The notes under the pieces were generated by a model. It had not been told where the DNA came from, did no database searches, and saw nothing but the letters and a program-made list of their open reading frames with translations. From Streptomyces marincola (lineage in GTDB: Bacteria; Actinomycetota; Actinomycetes; Streptomycetales; Streptomycetaceae), in NCBI RefSeq assembly GCF_020410765.1, contig NZ_CP084541.1, forward strand, positions 1,449,444 to 1,481,443: a DNA stretch of 32,000 nucleotides. The letters are read 5' to 3'. How positions within the stretch are numbered: position 1 is the first letter of the stretch; each line of letters starts with the position of its first letter. Positions 1 to 21,238 of the stretch are shown piece after piece. The translations under genes were made by a program, and so were the position numbers.

Positions 1-1
1 C

Positions 2-1801
2 GAACTGGCCGCGCGCCGCGTCCGCGTGCTGGGTGTCGAGCAGCTGGCGGAACGGCTCGGCGACCGGCTCGGCCTGCTCACCGGCGGGCGCCGGGACGCT
101 CCGGAGCGGCAGCGCACGCTGCGGGCCGTCATCGACTGGAGCTGGGAACTGCTCACCGCCGCGGAACGGGTCGTGCTGCGCCGCCTCGCGGTCCACTCCG
201 ACGGCTGCACCCTGGCCGCCACCGAGGCGACGTGCGCCGGCGACGGCGTGAAGCCGGCCGAGGTGCTCGACCTCCTGGCCAGGCTCGTGGACCGCTCCCT
301 GGTCACCGTCGTGCACGGCGCGGACGGGCCCCGTTACCGGCTGCTGGAATCCGTGGCCGTCTACTGCGCGGAGCAGCTGCGCGCGGCGGGCGAGCTGGAC
401 CGGGCCAGGCGCAAGCACGCCGCCTACTACCTGAGCCTGTCGGAAGAGGCCGACGCGCACCTGCGCGGCCCCCGCCAGCGGGAGTGGCTGCGCCGCATGG
501 ACGCCGAGACCAGCAACGTGCGCGCCGCGCTCGACGCCGCCGTCGCCGACGGGGACGCCGCCCTGGCCCTGCGGCTCGCGCTCGCCCGGGTCTGGTACTG
601 GGTGCTGCGCGGGCGGCTCAACGAGGCCCAGCGTTCGCTGTCCCTGGCCCTGGCCGCGAGCGGGCCCGAGCCGCGGGCCGAGCGGGACGGCACCGTCCGC
701 GCGCTCCGCGCGCGCGCCGAGGCGTGGCGGGCCGGCGTGCGCGCCCTGGCCGGCGACCACTCCGCCGCCCTGCCCGCGACGGCCGCCCGGCTGCGGGCGC
801 CCGGGCTGGTGCCCGAGGCGCGTGAGCGGGCGATGGCCGGCTGGTTCCTCGGCTACGTGATGACGAAGTCGGGCAACATGGCCAGCGGCGGCGAGGTCGT
901 GGCCGAGGCCCACGACGGCTTCCGCGCCGCGGGCGACAGCTGGGGCCTGGCCGCGGTGCTGAGCACCCGGGCCGTCCAGCGTTCCGTGGCCGGGGAGCTG
1001 GCGGCGGCGCGCGGCGACGCCGCGGAGAGCCTGGCGCTGTTCCGCGAGGTCGGGGACTCCTGGGGCCGGCTCCAGGCCATGGCGGCGCTCGGCCGGCTCG
1101 CGGAGATCGGCGGCGACTACACCGGCGCCGCGCGCTGGCACGAGCAGGCCCTGGCGGTCTCCGAGGAGTTCGGCCTGTGGGCCGAGGCGTCGGTCCGGCT
1201 CTCGGAGCTGGGCCGTGTCGCGCTCCTCGCGGGCGACCTCGCGGGGGCCGAGCGGCTGCACGAGCGCGGCCGGCGGCTCGCCCTGGAGCAGGGCGACACC
1301 TCCGCCGAGGAGTTCGCCGAGGTCGGCCTCGCGCTCACCGCGCGGCGGCAGGGGCGACTCGACCGCGCCGAGACGTATCTCCGCAAGTGGCTCGAATGGA
1401 ACCGGCGGCTCGACGGCGACTTCGGCGCCGCGCTGATCCTCGCGGAGCTCGGCTTCGTCGCCGAGCTGCGGGGCGACGCGGACGCCGCCGCCCGCCTGCA
1501 CGAGGAGGGCCTGACCGCGGCCCGCAGGACCGGCGACCCGCGTGCCGTCGCCCTCGCCAGGGAGGGGCTCGCCGGCGCGCGGGCCCTGGCCGGCCGGCAC
1601 GTGGCCGCCGCGCGCCTGCTCGGCGCCGCGGCGGCGGGCCGCGCCTCGGTGGGCGCGAGCCTGCCCGCGGCCGAGAGCGGCGACGTCGACCGGATCACCG
1701 CGGCGGTCCGCCAGGCGCTCGGCGACGCGGCGTTCCGCGCCGAGTCCGCGCGCGGCGCGGCCGGCTACGCCGCCCCCGAGCCGAGGACGGCCGCGGTCTG
1801 A
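2..1801 (+). CDS. C-terminal portion of an AfsR/SARP- or LAL-like ATP-binding transcriptional regulator (5' end outside the window)
   Basis: Frame is open from base 2 without a start. Protein has '[41 protein letters not shown]'-type post-NB-ARC text, '[20 protein letters not shown]' and long TPR-like Ala/Leu-rich repeats, as in AfsR/BTAD-type regulators. Confidence 0.75.
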   Translation, partial: [599 protein letters not shown]

Positions 1802-1819
1802 ACGGCCGCGCGCACGGCG

Positions 1820-1874
1820 GCGGGCCCCCGCCCTGGGCCCGTCGCGGTGGGCGCGGACGGGGGCGGGGGCCCGC
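1820..1874. terminator. Candidate bidirectional hairpin terminator between convergent genes
   Basis: Perfect 13-nt inverted repeat GCGGGCCCCCGCC (1820-1832) / GGCGGGGGCCCGC (1862-1874), 29-nt loop, located between the stops at 1801 (+) and 1907 (-). No T tract. Confidence 0.45.
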
Positions 1875-1906
1875 GGGCGGGCCGGGGGCAGCGCTACCGC
1901 GGCGGT

Positions 1907-2671
1907 TCAGCCGCCGGCGATGATGCCCTGGGCGAGACCGCCGTCCACGTTGAGTTCGATGCCCGTCGTGTACGTGGCGTCGAACGCGAGGAACAGCGCG
2001 GCCGACACGATCTCGTCCATGCTGCCGTGCCGCTTCATGGGGCTGATCGCGTCCATCTCCTTCTCGTGCGTCGCCTTCTCCTCCTCGGTGAAGCCGGGGT
2101 AGCCCATCGAGGGGGTCTTGATCGGCCCGGGGCTCAGGGCGTTCACGCGCACGCCCCGCGGCAGGAGTTCGGCGGCGAAGCCCTTGGCGAAGGACCGCAC
2201 GGCGGCCTTGGCGCCGCCGTAGACGGTGATGCCCGGGTAGCCCATGACGTCGGCTATGGACGTCGTGAAGAGGACCGCGCCGCCCTCGTTGATGAACGGC
2301 GCGAGGCGCTGCACCGTGAAGAACGCGCCCTTGGTGTTGATGTTGAAGGTCCGGTCGTAGTGGTCCTCCGTGACCTTGTCGAACGGCACCAGCTCGGCGA
2401 TCCCCACGTTGACGAACAGGAAGTCGAAGCGCCCGAGCTTCTCCTCGACCACGCCGCCCAGCGCGTCGACGTCGGACAGGCTGGCCGCGTCCGAGCGCAC
2501 GACGTGCGCCGCCTTGCCGTCGAGCCGCTTCCGCGCCTCGTCGATGTTCTTCTCGTTGCGGCCGGTGAGCACCACCTCGGCGCCCTCCTTCAGCAGCGCC
2601 TCGACGACGGCCAGCCCCATCCCGTGCGTACCACCGGTGACAACGGCCTTCTTGTCTGCGTACCTGCCCAC
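1907..2671 (-). CDS. Short-chain dehydrogenase/reductase (SDR) family oxidoreductase
   Basis: 254 aa. N-terminal TGGTHGMG Rossmann motif, SxxxxxxxxxxxxYGGAK catalytic region, C-terminal 'TGIELNVDGGLAQG' typical of classical SDRs. Confidence 0.92.
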   Translation of the reverse strand: MGRYADKKAVVTGGTHGMGLAVVEALLKEGAEVVLTGRNEKNIDEARKRLDGKAAHVVRSDAASLSDVDALGGVVEEKLGRFDFLFVNVGIAELVPFDKVTEDHYDRTFNINTKGAFFTVQRLAPFINEGGAVLFTTSIADVMGYPGITVYGGAKAAVRSFAKGFAAELLPRGVRVNALSPGPIKTPSMGYPGFTEEEKATHEKEMDAISPMKRHGSMDEIVSAALFLAFDATYTTGIELNVDGGLAQGIIAGG

Positions 2672-2795
2672 GAATCCTCCTGGAAACGGACCGACCGGAC
2701 CGCCGGGCCGGATGCCAGGACCCGGCCGGCGGACCGTTTGCCGACAAGAACGCTATAGAGACCGATCAACCCGGCGACCACCGGCAAGTAATCGC

Positions 2796-3239
2796 TCAGA
2801 CGCGTTCGAGCACCACGACGGGAATGGTGCGCCTCGTCCTCGGCTCGTAGTGCGTGCGGTAAACGGGCGCGCGCTCCGCCATGAAATTCCACAGCCGCTC
2901 GCGCTCCTCGCCCTCGGTGACGCGCGCGCGGACCACGAACTTGTCGCCGCGCACCTGCACATGCGCCTCGGGATTGGCCACGAGATTGCGGAACCAGTTC
3001 GGGTGCGTTTCCGTGATGCCCGAGCCGGAAGCCACCAGAATGTACGTGCCGTTGTAGTCCCCGTAGAACAGCCCCGTACGGTACAGCTTGCCCGACTTCC
3101 GGCCCTTGACGGTGAGGACCAGGTTGGTCATCCCGCCTTCCATGTAGCCGTCCCTGCCATCGGTCGCGAGGTAGCGGCGCACGTGTTCCGTAACCGACCA
3201 GTCGGGGCTGTCGATCACGCCTTCTTCCCAGGACGCCAT
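2796..3239 (-). CDS. Nitroreductase / deazaflavin (F420)-dependent oxidoreductase family protein (DDN-like)
   Basis: 147 aa. 'LTVKGRKSGKLYRTGLFYG', 'YILVASGSG...HPNWFRNLVANPEAHVQV' are family hallmarks. Confidence 0.85.
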   Translation of the reverse strand: MASWEEGVIDSPDWSVTEHVRRYLATDGRDGYMEGGMTNLVLTVKGRKSGKLYRTGLFYGDYNGTYILVASGSGITETHPNWFRNLVANPEAHVQVRGDKFVVRARVTEGEERERLWNFMAERAPVYRTHYEPRTRRTIPVVVLERV

Positions 3240-3420
3240 GCTTGTTCTCCTTCTCGAAGTCCGGTGGCCATGCGGCCAGACACCGAGTATGCGGCCCGCC
3301 GGGACGGCATCCTTTTCCCGGAGAGACCCGGCGGGACTTTCTTAACCGAGACTTGTAGTTGTGGTCGAGGCCGGGGCGCCCGGCGGCCCCGGCCCACGCC
3401 GTCCCGCCGGGCGCGGTTCC

Positions 3421-4809
3421 TCACGCCGGCTGGCGCGCGGCCTCCCGTCCTGACCCGCGCGCCGGGCGCAGCCTGCGGCGCAGCGGAGCGGTCAGCACCC
3501 GCGCGGCGAGCCCGGGGCGCATCAGCGTGCCGGGCGGGTCCACGAGGCCGAACACCCGCATGAACGCGTCCGCGACGCGCTCGTCCACGGTCGTCGCCTC
3601 CTGCAACCTCCGCATGTAGGCGAGCACGAGCCGCACGTGGAAGGTGCGTTCCCCCTCCACGCCGGGGAACGCGAGGTCGCCGCCCGCCATCAGCTCCCAG
3701 GGCCCGTCGACCGCCTCGCGCGCGAGGTCCCGCAGGTAGGCGAGCGGGTCCGGCGTTCCACCCCCCGCCACGTGGCGCCGGATGACGAGCGCGGACACGG
3801 CCGCGACGGTCATGCCCTGCGCGTAGGTGGGGTTGAAGCTGCACACGCCGTCACCCGTCACCAGCAGGCCGGCCGGGAAGCGGCCCATCCGCTCGTAGCG
3901 CCGCCGCTGGTTGGCCGGAAACCGGTAGCCCACCGGCTCGGTGACGGGTTCGAGGCCGGCGAGCGCCCGGTGGGCGTCGGGCACGCGCAGGGAGCCGAGG
4001 AAGGCGTCGAAGCCCTCCGGGTCGGTGGGCGGGTGGTCGCCGAGCAGGCCGTAGGCCGTGATCGTGACCCGGTCGTCCTCGATGCGCGCCGCGATGGCGC
4101 CGCGCGGCTCCGCGGCCGAGGACACGATGCCGATGGAGACCTCGTTCTCCGCGTACGGGCTGTCGACGATGCGGTACTGCCGCGTCGTGTACCCGAGGCC
4201 GATCTTCTTGCGCTCCTCCTCGACCTTGGGGTAGCCGAGTTCGGTGAGCCAGGCGGGCACGCGGGAGCCGCGGCCCGCGGCGTCGACGACGAGGTCGGCG
4301 TCGAGCACCTCCTCGGTGCCCGCGGCCTCCTCGCGCAGCATGCGCACGCCCGTGACCCGGGCGCGGTCCGCGGTGGTCTCCAGGCTGAGCACGTTGCAGC
4401 GCTCGACGAAGCGCACCTGGGGGATGGCCGCCACCCGCTCGCGCAGGTAGCGTTCGAGGAACGGACGGCTGACGGTCAGGGCGGCGAGCCCCGTCCTGGC
4501 CGGGCGCATGCGCTTGCCGTGCAGGAACCAGCGGATGTCCGCGCACATGTCGCCGATGACGCCGCCGTCCGCGACGATCTGCTTCGTGATCCCCGGGAAC
4601 AACTCCTCCAGAATTATCTGCCCCCGGGCCTGTAAACCGTGCACCTGCCGGCCCTGCGGAACACCGCGGCGCGGCTCGGTCACCCCGCTGATCTCGTCAC
4701 GGTCCACGACAACCACTTCGGCGAAGTGATCCGAGAGCACACGGGCCGCGAACAGGCCCGCGATGCTCCCGCCGATCACAATTGCTCGGTCTCTCCTGAC
4801 TCCGGACAT
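3421..4809 (-). CDS. FAD-dependent group A-type monooxygenase/epoxidase-like protein
   Basis: 462 aa. N-terminal 'AIVIGGSIAGLFAARVLSDHFAEVVVVDRD' FAD Rossmann fold, 'GVPQGRQVHGLQ', 'VVDAAGRGSRVPAWL', 'VTGDGVCSFNPTYAQGMTVA' motifs. Resembles MonCI-type flavin epoxidases as far as I recall them. Confidence 0.8.
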   Translation of the reverse strand: MSGVRRDRAIVIGGSIAGLFAARVLSDHFAEVVVVDRDEISGVTEPRRGVPQGRQVHGLQARGQIILEELFPGITKQIVADGGVIGDMCADIRWFLHGKRMRPARTGLAALTVSRPFLERYLRERVAAIPQVRFVERCNVLSLETTADRARVTGVRMLREEAAGTEEVLDADLVVDAAGRGSRVPAWLTELGYPKVEEERKKIGLGYTTRQYRIVDSPYAENEVSIGIVSSAAEPRGAIAARIEDDRVTITAYGLLGDHPPTDPEGFDAFLGSLRVPDAHRALAGLEPVTEPVGYRFPANQRRRYERMGRFPAGLLVTGDGVCSFNPTYAQGMTVAAVSALVIRRHVAGGGTPDPLAYLRDLAREAVDGPWELMAGGDLAFPGVEGERTFHVRLVLAYMRRLQEATTVDERVADAFMRVFGLVDPPGTLMRPGLAARVLTAPLRRRLRPARGSGREAARQPA

Positions 4810-4928
4810 AATCGTCGCCCCTCTGAAGACTCACGCGGTGCACCGAAACTAGCGGAGCATGTCCCACGGCAAACCACTGCGCAGTAACGGGGCGCACCCA
4901 CTGGGCTTTCCGCGTTTCGCCAACCGGC

Positions 4929-4951
4929 CGGTAATCCTCGACCGGTTACCG
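4929..4951. promoter_or_regulatory. Small inverted repeat in divergent intergenic region (possible operator)
   Basis: CGGTAA (4929-4934) / TTACCG (4946-4951), 11-nt spacer, between divergent starts at 4809 (-) and 5023 (+). Confidence 0.25.
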
Positions 4952-5008
4952 AGGCATGACTGGCACCGGGGACGCGGCCGGTATAAAGGTGCCACAAATC
5001 CGAGACTC

Positions 5009-5022
5009 ATCCGAGGGGCAGC
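5009..5022 (+). promoter_or_regulatory. Ribosome binding site of the amine oxidase-like gene
   Basis: GAGGGG within 'CATCCGAGGGGCAGC' just upstream of the ATG at 5023. Confidence 0.6.
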
Positions 5023-6330
5023 ATGGGCGATTACCGAGACTACGACGCGATTGTCATCGGAGCGGGGTTCGCCGGGGTGACGGCGGCACGCGAACTGAGG
5101 GCCAGGGGCCTGCGCCCGGTCATTCTTGAGGCCCGCCACCGGATAGGCGGACGCACCTGGACCGACGATTTCGACGGCACCATGATCGAATACGGCGGCG
5201 GCTGGCTCTCGCCCCACCAGTCCCTCGCCGTCCAGGAACTGGAGCGCTACGGCATCCCGCTGGTCGAAGGCGTGCTGGCCACACCGGAATGGGCCGTCTT
5301 CCCCACCGACGACGGGCTCAAGCCGTTCAGCGCCGACGAGGCACTCGGCCGTCTCGGCAAGCTGCTGACCACGATCTTCGAGGACAGCGGCGAGCTGTTC
5401 CCGCACCCCGAGCACCCGATGCTCCGCGCGGACCTGGTCACCGAGCAGGACCGGCTCTCGCTGCGCGACCACATCGACCGGCTGAACCTCGCGCCCCGCG
5501 ACGACGCCTGGATCAGCACGCTGGTCGGCGGCTTCTCCGGCGGCAGCAGCCGCGTCGGCGGGTACACGGCCCTCGCCCACTGGTGGGCCATGGCCGGCGG
5601 GCACCTGGAGGGGTGGATCACGATCGAGGGGCAGGCGCCGCGTTCCGGCATGAGCGCGCTGCTCCAGGAGATACTCAACGACGCCCAGGCGCGCGTGCAC
5701 CTCAACACCCCGGTCACCGCCATCGCCGACGACGGCCGCACCGTGCGCGTCACCACGGCGACGGGCCGCGAGTTCTCCGCGCCGGTCGCCGTCGTCGCCG
5801 TCCCGACGAACGTGTGGCGCACCATCGACTTCGCGCCCGGCCTGCCGGAGATCCACGCGGAGGCGGCCCGGCAGGGCATCAGCGTCGACAGCAGCAGCCG
5901 GGTCTGGCTGCGGGTGCGCGGCGACTTCGGCCCGGTCCACGTGCGCGACGTCGAGGGCGGGCTGCTGACCCCGCTGTTCACGCACACGGTGCTGAGCGAC
6001 AACGAGCAGCTGCTGACCGGCTACAGCCAGAACAAGCAGCTGGACACCTCGCGCCCCGAGCAGGTCAGGGACGTGCTGGCCCGGCTGCTCCCGCAGGCCG
6101 AACTCGTCAGCTACCGCGCTTACGACTGGGGACGCGACCCGTACGCGCTGGGCGGCTGGGCGCTGCGCAGGACCGGGCAGCTCAGCCGGCACCTGCCGCG
6201 CATCCAGCAGCCGCACGGCCGGATCACGTTCGCCAACGACGGCATCGCCAGCGGCTGGCACGGCTTCATCGACGGCGCGATCGAGACGGGGCACCGCGCC
6301 GCGGAGCAGGCCGCGGCGCTCGCCGCCTGA
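5023..6330 (+). CDS. Flavin monoamine oxidase family protein (FAD-dependent)
   Basis: 435 aa. 'YDAIVIGAGFAGVTAARELRARGLRPVILEARHRIGGRTWTD' dinucleotide-binding motif plus 'IEYGGGWLSPHQ'. C-terminal 'RITFANDGIASGWHGFIDGAIETGHRAAEQ' as in amine oxidases. Confidence 0.9.
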   Translation: MGDYRDYDAIVIGAGFAGVTAARELRARGLRPVILEARHRIGGRTWTDDFDGTMIEYGGGWLSPHQSLAVQELERYGIPLVEGVLATPEWAVFPTDDGLKPFSADEALGRLGKLLTTIFEDSGELFPHPEHPMLRADLVTEQDRLSLRDHIDRLNLAPRDDAWISTLVGGFSGGSSRVGGYTALAHWWAMAGGHLEGWITIEGQAPRSGMSALLQEILNDAQARVHLNTPVTAIADDGRTVRVTTATGREFSAPVAVVAVPTNVWRTIDFAPGLPEIHAEAARQGISVDSSSRVWLRVRGDFGPVHVRDVEGGLLTPLFTHTVLSDNEQLLTGYSQNKQLDTSRPEQVRDVLARLLPQAELVSYRAYDWGRDPYALGGWALRRTGQLSRHLPRIQQPHGRITFANDGIASGWHGFIDGAIETGHRAAEQAAALAA

Positions 6331-6465
6331 GCCTCGGGCGCGGGCCGGGTGCCGCCCGGTGCCCTGCCCGCGCCCCGGGCGTCCACGCCCCCAGGTCAGC
6401 GGGCCGACCGCACGGCAGCGGCGCCCGGGCGTCACCGCCCGGGCGCCTTGTGCGTGCCGCCGGGG

Positions 6466-6867
6466 TCAGCCGGCCTGGCTGAACGGCTCGTCGATGGCGT
6501 ACCGCCAGTTGCCGTCCGCGCCGCGCCGCAGCACGTCGAGCCCCACGCCCTCGTGGTGCTCGTCCGTGCCGTCCTCGCCCGGCCCGTCGATCGTCCAGTC
6601 GACGACCAGCAGCGCGGTGTCACCCGTCACGTACGAGTGCCGGATCTCCGCGTTCATCCGCGGCCCACGGGCCAGGAACTCCACGACGGATTCCTCGCGT
6701 TCCCGGCCGGAGAGCGGCTTGCCCGGCTCCCACACCGCGACCGCCTCTTCGGTGTACATGGCGTTCACCCGGTCGGCGTCCCCGGAGTTGAATGCCTCCG
6801 CGTAAAGCCGGACATGCTCCTCCACATCCCCGCTCAGCCGCACCGTGTCATTCACATCGCTTACCAT
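6466..6867 (-). CDS. SnoaL/NTF2-like superfamily small protein (SgcJ/DUF4440-like)
   Basis: 133 aa. 'HVRLYAEAFNSGDADRVNAMYTEEAVAVWEPGKPLSGRE...LLVVDWTIDG...GVGLDVLRRGADGNWRYAID' is a typical NTF2-like fold pattern. Confidence 0.78.
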   Translation of the reverse strand: MVSDVNDTVRLSGDVEEHVRLYAEAFNSGDADRVNAMYTEEAVAVWEPGKPLSGREREESVVEFLARGPRMNAEIRHSYVTGDTALLVVDWTIDGPGEDGTDEHHEGVGLDVLRRGADGNWRYAIDEPFSQAG

Positions 6868-7012
6868 GCCAGGATCACTCCCACTCGATTGCGTGGCGTT
6901 GAACTACGACTCGCTGGAACGTTAGCCAATCGAGGACACGGGCCACACACCGCGAGGTAATGAAAAACTCCGCGCGCGCCCGACGGCATGGTTACCCCGG
7001 CCTTACCGGTGA

Positions 7013-7042
7013 TTGGCATGCGGTGGAATGGCGGGCTGTAAC
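7013..7042 (+). promoter_or_regulatory. Weak sigma70-like promoter candidate upstream of PKS gene A
   Basis: TTGGCA (7013-7018), 18-nt spacer, TGTAAC (7037-7042). Weak match, by eye only. Confidence 0.2.
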
Positions 7043-7101
7043 GTCGTCTGTCCACAGGTCACCTCGCCATGCCTTCCAGTCGAAGAAAAGAGGCGACAGC
7101 C

Positions 7102-21184
<14,083 letters not shown>

Positions 21185-21238
21185 TCTTTCACCGAGCCCT
21201 TCACCATCCGACCCATGCATTCGGGGAGCTGAGCACAC

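Noticed and set aside
4849-6435. 528-aa minus-strand ORF overlapping the amine oxidase-like gene
   Set aside because: The plus-strand ORF has convincing FAD-binding and C-terminal motifs plus an RBS. The antisense protein is compositionally biased and family-less.
7069-7101. ATG at 7069 as the start of PKS gene A
   Set aside because: It lacks a convincing Shine-Dalgarno sequence, whereas ATG 7102 has AAGAGG at suitable spacing. Not strictly excluded.
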